Below are positions 24,510-38,039 of a DNA stretch of 64,000 nt, in pieces. This stretch comes from Takakia lepidozioides (lineage: Eukaryota; Plantae; Bryophyta). Under the pieces are notes generated by a model. The model did no database searches. It had not been told where the DNA came from and was given only the letters and a program-made list of their open reading frames with translations. Numbering within the stretch: the stretch's first letter is position 1; every line of letters starts with the position of its first letter. A program made the position numbers and the translations under genes. The stretch lies in the NCBI GenBank assembly GCA_030704615.1, contig CM060732.1:62620001-62684000 (forward strand), given 5' to 3'.

Positions 24510-26480
24510 TTCTTTTTACTGGAAGAAGTACAGTTAGAATTACACAGAAAGGGATTTATGCCCCCTTCTTTTCACACTACAGTTCAGAGGGTGACATTCT
24601 TGCCAAAATCTTTTGATGGTAATACTGTTTTCGAGTTGCCTCCTCCTGGTCGCGTGGGGGGCATTTCCAGTCTCATGGAAGGAATGGACAAAAAACACGA
24701 TGGGCACCCTTGGTGTCGCACAAAAACCTCCAATATTCACAACCACGACAACCTCATATTCAGGCGAACAGTCTGTAATGGGCACTTGAAATGCGAGAAC
24801 ATGAAATGCAGACACTTCGCATTGTCGGGTGTGCAAAACCAAAGCGAATGGGATGGTGTCAGTGAGAATCCATTCAAGCCTGGTGTGACACCACCATACA
24901 GTAACACTTTTGTGTGCAAGTTCTGTAGGGTACCACCTTGCTGCCTTACAATGTGTGGTGCCAGAATATACTATGTGGTGCATCGATTCAAAACCCTGAC
25001 TAGAGCCTGTGTCCATTTCGGTTTTCACAACCACCCTGTGTCCAAGGGGGATTACAGGGAGAGCGTTGAGATAGTCTCGTGTCTGATAAGGCAAGAGTTG
25101 GATACCAATCCAACTGGAACCACATCTACAATTGCCATGGGGGCGAGCAAGTCCTTTCTGGAAAGCCGTATTATGTGTGCATCGGATTCGGTTGGAGGAA
25201 ACTGGAGGGACCAGCTTTGGACATTGTTATGGACCATTTCTCGACTTTGACCTCTCCAAACATTAGGAATCAGGTGAATGCTTTAAGAATGGGCTCTGGG
25301 AGCCGAGGTTATATGGACAATATTATGGATTTGAAGAAAAGGAGCATATACGACTACATCCAAGACAACGTTTCCCCGGGGCAAGGAGCGAAAAGTGTTC
25401 CTGTTCAAAATGTCCACAAAAGGTGAGGGCAGCGGAGTTAGCCTGGTTAAACGTATGCAGAAGGGTGGCGATCTTGGCAACTGCTTCCTTATGTTCGATC
25501 ACGTCAAGAGGGTTAAAGACTGGACCACAATGACATGCCATATTTACGACCCTGTGTACCAGCGTGTCATGACAACTGCAGTGTGTGACATGCAGTCAGA
25601 GGACACAGATTCACAGTAGCTCATGTGGAAGCTCTCATTCGTGTTATGGCCTCCAATGGTCTCCCATCTCCCAATTTTGTTGGTTTCATGGCCGACAGCG
25701 CTCAAGCTAACTTCAACGCTGTCCGCATTGTATTCGGGACGGGAGATCCAAAAGTGCCAATGCCTGGAAGAGAACGTACGTGTCTTTTCCATTGGACACA
25801 ATCCCTGGACAAACACACAAAGGCAGACATCAAGCCAGATATGCAGAGTATGCATCGTCAACTGTGTAAACAGTACAAAGACGCCAAAACTATGGGGGAA
25901 GCGAATACATTGTTCCAGACAATTTGTGCATGGTGGTACTCATCTGGAGCGGCATCGGAGGACAGCATGAGGGCACTGGAAGACTGGTTCGCATTTTGGC
26001 ACTTCCGTTACCGGCAGTGGGGAGCGGCCATGACAACGATGAGCGGTTTGCATTCACCTTCCTTTGGGTGCTTCGGATATATCTTTCAGGGTCCCATCCT
26101 AATATCGGCTTTGTGTTTTTTTGCCTTGCAGCATATGTCCATTGAGGAGATGGCGGACATGCTGTCTTGCAATCTAGCGGAGACAGTGCACAATGCCTGG
26201 TTGCAGCAATCCGGCAAAAAGGAAAGAGATTTGTATGCGGCTATGGCCGATGACCTTATCGGTGCTCTGTAGCAGCAAACCAGATACAGATCATTTTTTA
26301 GGGGTGGCTTTGGAGGCAAAGGCCTGGACAGGAGCGAGTTGATGTTGCGGGCAGCCAAAAGATCGGGGAATCCCAGCAAAATAGCGAGGGCAGTGAGCAT
26401 ATGTGCAGATGGCACCCCTCTCGTGGGAAGAGTTCCCCATCTGGAAGGTGAAGAGAGATTCGGGTCTTGCAAACGGAAAT
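24510..26480 (+). pseudogene. Mutator-like (MULE) DDE transposase with N-terminal GCM-like Zn DNA-binding domain, decayed
   Basis: DGHPWCRTKTSN...CNGHLKCENMKC...CKFC...CGARIYY...HFGFHNHP (GCM/WRKY-fold ligands). FLMFDHVKR (D1), GFMADSAQA (D2), CLFHWTQS (MULE CxxH), CNLAETVH (E). Frameshifts near 25200 and 25395, stops at 25617 and 26270, probable intron ~26040-26131. Confidence 0.8.
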
Positions 26481-26899
26481 TGGATAATTTTAATAGTCCG
26501 AGTCTCCGACGTAACGTTGACGTATTTGCGTCATGTCACGTCACGTCATAAGTGACAATTAGGGCAAAAACTTACACATGGCGTCAAATGATATAGAAAA
26601 TATGGCGACATAAATTTATTAAAAATAATAATAATAATAAAACGGGTCATTTGTCGCAGCCAATGCCAATCAAAAGATCTTCAAATTTTTTTCAATCAAT
26701 GTTTTTATACATCGAAATCGCCACATAATATATATCGTCAGCCAATCGTAAGCGCTAGCCTAGTGGTCCCAATTACTATTTTGTAATTTATTAAGATAAT
26801 TCAGGATCGCCAGCTAACCACAAATGTTGTCTTGGCGGTTGCAACAATTATTTAAAAAAATAATTTGGGATCATCACAATGGTGGTCCAAATAAATTTT

Positions 26900-27945
26900 T
26901 ATCTAAAATACAAAACCTCAAGCCGCCAAAAGACCGCCAGCCAACCACAAGCGTTGCCCTAGTGGTCCAATTATTTTTCAAATCTTTTCATATAATTATG
27001 ACCACTACAATGACGGTCCGAAATAGTTTTTATTTACTTCTTAAAAAATCGGGATTGCCAGCCAACCACAAGTGCTGGCGGTCCCAATTATTTTTTAAAT
27101 AATTAGGGACCGCCGTAATGACGGTCCAAAGTAATAGTTTTTTTTTTATAAACCAAGGGACAACCAGGGGACATGTTTCCACCTTGTTGTCACATAAACC
27201 AATATCCAGATTTTTCCTAGGTAGTATAGACGGATGTGCATTATCACCAAAGTCCATGCTTTGAGAAACCAAATAGCTGTATGTATGAAAGAATTCATCA
27301 GTCACACCCACCAAAGGTCTGGTGCCCTTGGATCCTGATTCGGTTCTCTTATTGCATTTGAGGTTTCAACAGTGTTACCAACATTAACCATATCCTCCGC
27401 ATAAACGGTTTACAGTTCATATGAGATATGTCTAACAAGTGTCTTTAAGAAAATGCTGACATCCGGAATCACTTCCACAGGTATTCAAACACTCATAAAC
27501 GTTTGTGCTGCCACATCAATATTCATCCTTAGTTGAATGAAGTTGGGCATGTCCACAACATGACGTTTATCATCCATGGAAAGCTTCTCAATTACAGCAT
27601 CCGGCCCAAAATTCTGAAAGATGAGGCTCACTATACTTTGTGCACAATTTCTCAGAATTTTCCGCCTTCTTTTCCTCGTCCAATTTTCTATGGATATCGC
27701 GCATTAAAAAAAACCCATGTTTTTGAACTTCTCACTGTGAATGTCGTTGGCTATGGACAAAGTGTGTATAAGTACCAAAACATTACTCTCTCTTTCAATA
27801 TGAACTCGACTGATGATATGATTCCGACACTGCATTTTTTTAGCATCTCATTTTTCTCACATAGTGCAAGATACTGCATCAATTGTTGTGATTTTTGCAC
27901 AGGTTTTTTGGTGCATTGAATTACTCATCCACTACTTATTTTCGA
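26900..27945. repeat. ~1.05-kb direct repeat, copy 1
   Basis: Colinear match to 29110-30172. Begins with an array of GGACCGCCA...TGGCGGTCC palindromes. Confidence 0.88.
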
Positions 27946-29109
27946 TAATTAAAAAAAAAAAAAAAACGTCGGTGGACAAATCGATCTATGGGGAACGAGG
28001 GACGGGTTTCACTTCATGTTATCCAAAAAGAATTTTCTTACTGCATGTTATTCAGGGTTTTGATTGTCAAGTTTACTCATTTGAATTATTACAGATTATG
28101 CCCCAACTAAGGACGATTTTTTGTTTGAAATGGGAGGTACTCTTCACAATCAGCTCTCAGATGAGCTTTTCTTCTCTTCACTTTCCACCTTTTGCCTGGG
28201 TGAAAGCAGACTACGGTGTTTACATTTTTGTGTCGAAGCAGTGTTTTACATGACATAGTTTGATTCAATTGTACCTTAGAGACAATTTTTTATTACAATG
28301 ATGAAATGGGACACACCCTTATGTTTCAACTACTACAAGGTATAATCTTTAGATTCTCACCAAGACATGAAGTTGATTTGTCGACGTAATGGACTTTAGA
28401 AAATTGCATACGCATTGTCACAGTCCATAAAAAGACTTCTTATGGACTTTTTGCACTCACTATAGAAAACAAATATGATAAAAGGGGCTCATATTAGTAT
28501 TGCTGTACTCTTTAAGATACTAAAGTCTTATAAAAAAATATCAAAAAAGTGAAATTTCTTATTTCTACATATTATTGTGAGTATCGAAAAACTGATTTTT
28601 GACAAAGTACATGAATGCATGGAAACAAAGTAAAACAATGGACTTGCTTCACTAAAAGATACATTTCATGTAGATGAAGAGTAGCTCGAGTCCCACTATG
28701 TGATATAACGAAAATATAAAATATAAGAAATAAAATAAGAAAATAAAAATAATAGCTTGTACTAGGAAAAATAGAAATAATGCCATAATCTCTGATACTG
28801 TCAACTTTAGATGGTTCATATCTTTCAGCATGGATGAATTTAGCGACTATAATCTTTCCATAATCATCAAATCAAAACTCAGAAAAACCTTGGGATTTCT
28901 TGTTTACGCCACGCAATGGATTTTTTCTAGCCACCGTAGCTTGTTTTTATCCACCTTTGGGCCAACATTTTGTTTCCTGAAAATGGAGTGACTAGTCTGC
29001 ATTCACTCTCTAGGTACAAGCTAATTAAGTTTGACTGGTCTCGGAGTCTTGATTTTTCTTTTATTCCTTAAAATAACTTGGAATCACCAAAATAGTGGGC
29101 CAAAATAAA

Positions 29110-30172
29110 AAAAATTGTATTAAAAAAATCTAGACCGTCAAGGGACCGCCAGCCAATCGCCAGCGTTGGCCTAGCGGTCCCAATTGTTTTTCAAGTTTTC
29201 ATATAATTCAGGACCGCTACAATGGCAGTCTGAAATAGTTTTTATTTACTTCTTAAAAAATATGGATCGTCAGTAAACCACAAGTGTTGGCGGTCCTGAT
29301 TGTTTTTTTAAATAATTAGGGACCGCCACAATGACGGTCCAAAATAATAATAATTAAAAAAAAATCGGGACCACCAGGGGACTTTGTTGCCACCTTGCTA
29401 TCGCATTGACCAATATTCAGGTTTTTCTTAGACATTATGAACGGATGCGCACCATCACCAAAGCATACGCGCTGAGAGGTCAAATAGCTGTATGTATGAA
29501 AGAGTTCATCAGTCGCACCCACCAAAGTCTACTGCCCTTGGATCTGATTCGGTTCTCTTATTGCATTTGAGGTTTCAACAGTAATACCAACAACCACATC
29601 CTCCGCTTAAACGGTTTACAATTCATATGAGATATGTCTAATAAGTGTCTTTAAGAAAAAACTCACATCCGGAATCACTTCCACATGTATCCAAACACTC
29701 ATAAATGTTTGTGATGCCACATTAAATACGTATATTTCGTTGAATGAAGTTGGGCATGTCGACAACATGACGTTTATCATCAATGGAAAGCTTCTCAATT
29801 ACATCCAGCCCAAAATTCTGAAAGATGAGGCTAACTATACTGTGTGCACAATTCCTCATGAATTTTTCAAGCTTCTTTTTCTCGTTCAATTTCTACGGCT
29901 ATCACGCATTAAAAAAAACCTCATATCTTTGAACTCTGCACTGTCCACATTGAACAATGAGTGAATGACGTTGGCTATGGACAAATTGTGTGTAAGCACC
30001 AAAACATTCTGAGGGTTGCTCTTCCAATATGAACTCGACAAATGATATGGTTCCAACACTGCATTTTTTTAGCATCTCATTTTTCTCACGTAGTGCAAGA
30101 TACTGCATCAATGTTGTGATTATTGCATAGGCTTTGTGATGCATTGAATAGCTCATCCACTACTTGTTTCCG
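29110..30172. repeat. ~1.05-kb direct repeat, copy 2 (ends at a (TA)n tract, 30177-30203)
   Basis: Shared blocks such as CAAATAGCTGTATGTATGAAAGA and TGAATGAAGTTGGGCATGTC occur in both copies. Confidence 0.88.
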
Positions 30173-30203
<31 letters not shown>

Positions 30204-30259
30204 GGTCTAGGATTTGGGTTATGATTGTTGGATAGCTCGCTTATGGTCGATGTTCATAA

Positions 30260-30720
30260 ATATTATCCAACTCATATTTGGAATGCAGATGAGTTAGGTG
30301 TCATGATTGGGCAAAATGCAAAAAAACAATCATTGCATTAAAAATTTATAATTTGTCTGTATATTTAGTTGATTCTTGTAAAGAGGGAGTGACTCATGTA
30401 ATATGTTGTGTGAATGCTGCTGGATTTGCTATCCTTCATTCTACATCTTCAAAGGACTCAGACACATGTAGATAATTGTGAACCAGGTGCAGCCCAAATA
30501 TTTTAAGAGAAGGCATGGATGACGTTAAGTTTGTTATCAGCTTGATTACTTCATTTGGTTGCTAATGTTCCGGGAGGTCTATCACCAACCAACCGACACT
30601 TGCTAGTCTTAGATGATCATTCATCTAACATTAGCAATGAAGCTATTGAAAGAATAATGTTTCTAGGCAAATGATGTATTCTCATACTAGCCACAAGCTA
30701 AAGCATGTCAATGTTTATTG
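30260..30720 (+). pseudogene. pogo/Tc5-type DDE_1 transposase relic
   Basis: HIWNADELG, VICCVNAAGFAI..FYIFKG, DNCEPGA, KAWMT, GGLSPTNRHLLVLDDHSSN. Confidence 0.8.
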
Positions 30721-33276
30721 TTTTGTTTTATTCAAAAAAAATAAAAAAAATAAAGAGATTGATTTATGTTTGAGAGACCTACTGGTGATGTGATGCATTC
30801 TATAACAGCTGTGTAACATAGATCCTCCGAGGTGAAGTCGAGAGCTGTACCTTGTAACGTAGATATGGAGGTCGGTGAAGCCCATATTGTTTGGGACCGA
30901 ATCCGTCTTTGAGGAGGTGTTTTATCATTCATATAAACTTCAGTGGTTTTCTTTTTGCCCATTTTTCACCTACAAACAAGTTCAAATATGAGCCATTGTC
31001 ATTGTGTACTCGAAAACATCACTACCCGTTAGCATAAACTCCAAGCCTTAAGGGTAGTTCAAGCGTTTAGGGTTGATCATACATAACACATAAAATTAGG
31101 GTGAGAGTTTAAGTCCTTCATGTACATTGTATTTTCATTTACTCATGAAAATATTAAAGCCATATTCTTGTGCGGATCTATGTGACATTTCAAGAAGCAA
31201 AATATGAAAGGAAGAAGATAACATTGCAAAGAACTACTGTTCATGCATAAGAGAATGTGCATTCCTTGGAAAATAAGATAGTGGTAATGGTTATTTGTTT
31301 AGGTGTGTTCAAATCCCAACATTCCACTTGTGAGCACATATAATCAAAGTTTGAAGTGACGGTGCTTCAATTGCATTACATGGGGTTTGACACCCTAAAC
31401 ACTACATACATTGTGTGTTTATCCACATATGGAGAAGACTTCAGACCTATTGTGTGTGTATAATGTATTGTATGATTATACAATGTGGTGTGTATTTGTG
31501 GCTGTAGATGCACATATTGGTACATATTTCTTTTCAGATCGTTTTTTATCTTAAGGCAGACAGTTTAGGCATTGTACTGCCAAAGCAGGGCAGTTTGTGA
31601 GTTATCTAGGAATTGCTGGTAAAGCACGGAGGAATTTAGATTATGTCTGAAACGACCATGGAGGAGTTCTGGCGTCAAAATGATCGTAGGGAGCTGCATC
31701 AACAGCGAGTTAGGCTGCCCATTTGGTACCAGTAACGACAACATGCACCTGTTCGAAACAATACATTGCGAATGCTCCAGTCCCGGATTGCGATCTCTCT
31801 ATTCTCCCACCTTTCAAGTCCAGTAGGAGCACGCGGCAAGGAGTCTTGGCAATTGGAGGAAACAATCTGTACAACGATGAAATATCGCGACAAAGCAAAT
31901 GCTGCATCAGAGCAAACGACGGGTGAAGGAGCTTCCTGGCGAAGTTTTGAACTCCTCAGCGATGCAAAGTGTGTAGGATGAAACTCCAGATGATCTGTGA
32001 CCCAGTGGCAGGGCCAAAGACCCCTGGGGCACCACCAGTATTTTTACTGCCAGGAAGCTGTAGACTGCCTATATGGCGAAACCACGGAAACCAACCAAAG
32101 ATGTGGCTTTTCTTCCCCGATTCCATTGAGATTTTGTGGGCAGCTACGTGCCATCTAATTATAATTTGTCACCAAGTTTGAGAATTTTTGGAGGTGATCA
32201 GAGATGGCATCAAATTATCACGCCGGAGGCAGTTGCGAAAGGCGATTAAATGGAATTCTAGTTTATCCAATGGATGAAATCTGGAAATTCGACCTGCAAG
32301 CTGGAGGGATGAGAAGACAACCTAGCACCAACTGGTCATCCATTGGATGGATGAAAAACCAGATTTATCATTAACACCAAGGTTTTCCATCCGTTGTTAT
32401 TATTTTATGGTGTTCTATCGTTTTTAAATTATAGATTCATGTAGAAAATAATAGTTTAAGACTATCATTCACTAGTTTAAGAGGCCCAAAAAACACAATA
32501 AAAGAAGAGCAGGCTCCTCTTGTTCTTCAATCTAGTCTCATTTCCTTGTTTTGGCCTCTTGCTTGTGTAGTTAGTTTTGAGCTTAAGGGAGCTAGTTCCT
32601 GAGTTGAACTTGTGGCTCTCTAGTATTAGAAGCAAACATATTGAGAGTAGGATAGTCCTAGCTCAAGGCCTTGTGGCCATTTGAGGCAAGAAGTAGAAGA
32701 AGCGCTCCATGAAGTGGGAGACTTGAGGACGAGTAGGAGTACCGGAGGAAGACCAGGCTTGAGTACCATTCTACCGAGCGATTTAGTGCATCCCAAACAC
32801 CACTTGTTTCAGAGGGTGACTTACTATACATTCTTGACCTTTGAATTTATTCATTTCATTTGTTGTTCAAGCTTTGTCCAAGGAAATGACCTTATAAGCA
32901 TTGTTTGCTAAAAAATCTAGAAAAACTAACCCTATTTCAAAGAGAATTTGTGTGCATCTCTATGTACATGTGTGAAGAGCACAGATGTGAAGCCCCAGGA
33001 GACAGGGCCTTAGGAATCTAACCCAATTACGTCATGGAAGTGAGGGTAGATGTCTATTATTATGTTTAAGGAGAGGGCGAGCTTGCATGAAGTGACGAAG
33101 CTCTTGTCAAATTTCCCTTTCTAGCTTAGTGGCGACGGCCATATTACATGAGACGGCGAAGCTATCGCCAAAATTTCCATATTATTAAGATCATATCTAT
33201 GATTCATAAGCCCCCTGGCCATAGAGGACCATGGGAGGCGTTGCTAACTAACTTATAAGTGGGGGTTAAGCTATTT

Positions 33277-34435
33277 TGTAGAGGGCTGCCAAAAAGGGCA
33301 GAGCCCAGCACTTAAGTGCTGGCGCCTTAGGCGCCTTTGGGTTGGAGGTCAACCAAGGAGGTTGCCTAGACCACCCTGGAGTGGCGCATCTAACACGGGT
33401 GGCGCGACCTTCCTCCGTGGGGGGAGTTGACCCCTGGAGCAAAGTACGCTCGCTGGTGTACTACGTGGCAACACCAGGCGCCATAGCTGGGCCCGCGTAG
33501 GTACGACACGAGCGGCAGAGACGACGGAGCATGCCTATTACCCACTGGACCCGCGCTGGCGGCGGGCCAGCCACCACGCCACGTAGCGCTGGCCGCGGGG
33601 TATCAGTTTTAACCGTTGGATAATTCGACGGACCCCGCCAAGGACTGTTGGTCCCTGGAACGGGTATTTTAAGGAGGGTTTTTCTCCCTATGCCTTTGAT
33701 TTCTTGTGCACATTCATGGTATTCTTCTTGCATGAGAATGAGGGCGTGTTTTAGCAAATGATAAGAAATGGTTGGAACCATTGGATAGGCCCCAACGAGG
33801 CCGTCAGTTTGATATGTATTCCGGGGTTTGTGAAAGCACGGCTCATGGGTAGATGCCACAGGCAGAGAGAGAGAGAGCCCAGAGACAGGGAGGAGAGAAT
33901 CCCTGATGGGGTTTCACAAGGTAGAAGATGACATGTTTCAACTTCGTTCTAGGCTGGTTGCCTGCATAAATAATCCGATTATATTGGAAGTAGGTGGAAG
34001 AGACGTAGGGAATGGACCTTGGGACCCATTGAATGTTTAATCATTGTTTACACACCAGGGTGGCGAGCAGATGAGAAACTGATGGGCGGCAGATTTCATT
34101 CATCCTGACCCGGTGATGGTTGAAGTTGCTAATGCGTTCTTGAGTGGGTTTGGTGTAGGAATTTAGGGGCGTTCCCAAGTGGAGAGCGGTTCCCCAACGC
34201 TCCTGGCATAAAGGGCGTTCCCAGGGTGTTCCCCTGGTACCTTGAGGGTAATTTAGTTAGCTCCAGCATCCTACGACGATTCTCTATTTCTACGAATTTC
34301 ATGAATTTGTAGGAATATTTTAATGATTTGTTCTTTATTATTTAGCAGGGTAATTCGTCTTTATTAAGGGATTTTATCCGGGACCCCTTAATTTTAAAAC
34401 ACAAGTTTTAAGGGTGGTATCACCCCCTTCCGCCG
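33277..34435 (-). mobile_element. Probable LTR with adjacent polypurine tract
   Basis: On the minus strand, GGCGGAAGGGGG is directly followed by TGATACC (34422). The left TG boundary at 33277 is tentative. Confidence 0.4.
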
Positions 34436-35034
34436 ATGATATTTGAAGTCAAGTACCCGGCCGCTGGGGGCTTGGGCCAAGGAACAGCCATTGTTTTTTG
34501 AGACCTCGGGAATTACCCAGAGGATTGAATTGTTATCATTCACCCGATGGACTGACCATGGAGGTTGAATTTTGGGATCGCTCTAAGCAGGAAAGACTGA
34601 CTTGGGAAAGCGGATCCGGTCCCTTCCTAGAAGGTATGACACTAATCCACCTCGGGGTTTAGGGGGGGCATTGGGCGGGAGATAGATGATCCCCGTCTCC
34701 ATGGGCTCGGGATTCGTTTTGTGAAGGGATTTGAAGGTTCGTCCCGGCTATAAGCGTGTTGGGAGTCCAGGCATGTAGGAAGTAGTAATAAACAAAGACT
34801 TGGAAGGCAATTACGATTAAAGACGTAAAAAACCCATAAACAAAACGTAGGACTAGGAAACATTCCAATGCGTACCATATATCATAGCATTACATGAATA
34901 CAATGTGAAAAGAGAAGGGATACATACCAATGTGATAGTTCAAGTGCACTTACAGCAAAAAGAGAGGAAAAGAAATGAAATAGGCTTGCCAAGTTCTCAC
35001 TAGCATTGCTGCAGCTAGACCTAATATTTTAAGA

Positions 35035-35220
35035 GGGCGGCGGCTAACCCTATCTTTCCATTAGGGTGGCAGCTAGCCTTAATTTGTAGGTGGCGGCTAA
35101 CCCTAGTTTCTCATTATGGTGGCGGCTACACCTAATTTTTTGAAGATGACAGCGGCTAGCCCTAATTTGCAATTAGAGTGGCGGCAAACCCTAGTTTTTT
35201 CATTAGGGTGGTCGCTTGAC
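35035..35220. repeat. ~30-bp minisatellite
   Basis: About 6 copies of GGTGGCGGCTAACCCTA(G/A)TTT..CATTAG. Confidence 0.8.
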
Positions 35221-35559
35221 CTATTTACAGTAAGGGGTTGGCTGTTGGCTTCAAATTATCGTCCAAATCTCCATCGTTGACCATGAGAATTAGGACAAAT
35301 ATATTTCAATGTGGGATGGATGGACACTTATATTCATGTATAGTATATGTTGTGAACTCTGAATAACATCCTATAGTATGCAAGACAAAATGTTTGTGTT
35401 GCAGAAATTACATCTACAATAAAAATTACAACATATAACTTGATAATGTTCAGTTATATAACACATCAGTTATTGCAACGAGTTTGACGTGTCAAATTTT
35501 GCAAAGGTAACTGACAAGAATTTATCTCCCACTGACACTAATTTATTTCTCATTTTCGC

Positions 35560-37100
35560 TTTGGCTATGGTCAATGAACCACATTGGAAACGCTTCCTAA
35601 TAATATACTTTTACTATTAAACATTATGGTTCTCCACCGAACCACGTTATGTATACTGATCGGAAAAATAATATATTTATTTATATGTCAAAATATACAT
35701 AGAAATACTCTAAATTATACTCATCTTCCTCTTAAAGGTATTGGTTCGTCTTTGAACCAGTATAAAATTTCAATATTAACTGCTTACAACTCTCACAATG
35801 TCAAAAAAATATAAGATAAATTATATTTATTTGAATGTTTATTTTCAGTCTATCCAAGATGTGTATTAGAAGGTTTTTTTTTTTTTGGTAATGTATTTTG
35901 GTTCATCCCTAATTAACTTTATGTATAAAATATTATGGTTCTCCGCCGAACCACGTTTTACATAATGATCAGCATTTTAGGATAGTTGCAGGCTAAAGTG
36001 GACCAAAAACGGCAGATGTTGCTTTCATGGAAGTCCACGATCAAGTACATGTAGTAAATGACAGTTGATATTGTCATTTTAAATTGAAATCTAGAGTGTT
36101 CTCTAAATTAGCCCCCTTACCTCAAAAGTTCAAAGCAATACACCAAAGGCACAATAGCTTATTTTGAATCCATGTATTTCCATTTGCAGCGGTAACAGTC
36201 CACAGTTGTCGTGTTCAAAAAGTCTAAGCTCTTCGACATTTTATTGGATTGACAATTGGACAGTTGATATAGGTAGATTTTGAAGTTAGGAATCCAACAT
36301 GGAAAATGTTTATCAACATTATTGATTCTATTCAAAGCAATTCATGATATTATGCACGACAATCACTGAAAACTGTGTCGGTAACGTAGTTTTTGGTCCA
36401 CCTTAGCCTGCATCTACTCTTTAATTACTTGTATATTAATAAATATAAATATACTAAAAATATATACTTATTTTCCTCTTTTAGGATTTTGGTTTGCTTT
36501 CAAAACACACTATTATTTCAAGAATAATTGCTTCCAATTGTCAAAATATCCAATCATCTTCTCATAAACAAGTTAGATACATCATTTACATGAACACCTC
36601 CATTTTATTTGTCCATGGTCCATTTTGGAATTTGTGGCCGATTGATCATAAGGTTGTTATGATGAATTTAATGTTCAAGTGTCATACAAATAATATTCTT
36701 TATATAGAACATTGTGGTTCTCCACCGAACTACGTTCTATATTATGATGGTCAAAAATATTTATGATATGTTGTTCACTTAAATGTAGAATAATACTTAG
36801 GTATATTCAACATTATATTTGTTTTCCTACTTAAGCTTTTGGTTTGCCTTCGACTTATAATAAGTATTCCCGAATAAATTATTATAACTATCAAGATGTC
36901 ACATACCTTCGATAGATTCATTAGACATATTGCTTATTCCAACATTCATTTTTAGTCGTCATGATCCACATCTGAGTTTTTGGCCGATTGATGACGTCGT
37001 TTAGGTGCAATTACTGTTCAATGGGTATGTTTTTATCATAAAACATTCTAATTCTCTACCGAACCAACCCCTACATAATAATCCTCAAACTAGTATGTAA
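35560..37100. repeat. Degenerate ~310-330 bp tandem repeat (4 copies)
   Basis: Anchor AAACATTATGGTTCTCCACCGAACCACG recurs at ~35620, 35928, 36708 and 37041. The long gap is explained by the MITE at 35980-36419. Confidence 0.7.
35980..36419. mobile_element. MITE with ~30-bp TIRs
   Basis: TGCAGGCTAAAGTGGACCAAAAAC and GTTTTTGGTCCACCTTAGCCTGCA; TTTA on both flanks. Confidence 0.75.
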
Positions 37101-37559
37101 TATTTTTATTTGTATGTTAACAATACATATGTAAATGAAATTTGTGGCACATTGATTGTTTTTTTTATCATTTAATGTGAACGGTCATATGTTTTCTTGG
37201 CGGCGCTATTTATTGTCTGTTATCAATGGAGGTTTCTGCCCAACGGAAATATTTCGAAATTACAAACAAGACCAAATGACTGTTGTATAGTATCACCATT
37301 TTCATTTCTCTTCTCAGTGTCTGTATTAAACACAAGAAACAAGAAAGCTTTAAAATTGAAGCTTGTATTAAAAGATCTCGGGTGGAGAAGACATCGATTG
37401 CAGCAAGCATTCAGTGACAACATAAGACAATTCTGAATGGAAGCATTGACTTGTCATCTGGTTCGGATAATGACGTGGTATGTTATTTTATACCACCTCA
37501 TAAACTGTATCAGGGCCCTTAGTATCCAGTAGTTCAAAGCTGTGTGAGGATGATGCGAT

Positions 37560-37725
37560 GATGATTGACATGACTACATCTATACTTCCAATCTTACAGA
37601 CTATGCCAATTATGAAAAGCTGTAGGAGTGACATCTCCAAACTGAACTTTGACACAATTCCAGTCCATCGAGTTCAATTTCTTCCATCCAATGTAGATGG
37701 AGATATCATATTTCAGATATTTTAG
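37560..37725 (+). pseudogene. Fragment of a second GCM-MULE transposase N-terminus
   Basis: KLNFDTIPVHRVQFLPSNVDGDIIF resembles TTVQRVTFLPKSFDGNTVFEL of the 24510 element. Confidence 0.6.
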
Positions 37726-38039
37726 GTCCATCATTTGAGCAACTAAAAAACAATTTGGAAGATCAAGTGGTGAAATGGAATTTATTCTAAATTTGAAACG
37801 GCAGCTATTATGTGATTACGTGCAGATAAGTTTGTTTCGAGGACAAGGAGATGAAAATGACATGGGTTTTTTTTCAAAATATCAAGCCATGGAGTAGGCA
37901 GTGGGGTTGAAATTGTGGACATGATGAATATCAATGGAGTGTTAGAGAATTGTTGGGTGATGTGGACCATGTGAAGAGAATCAATGGATAGAGTACAATG
38001 ACATGTCATATTTATGAGCTTTATTGTCGACAACTGCTA

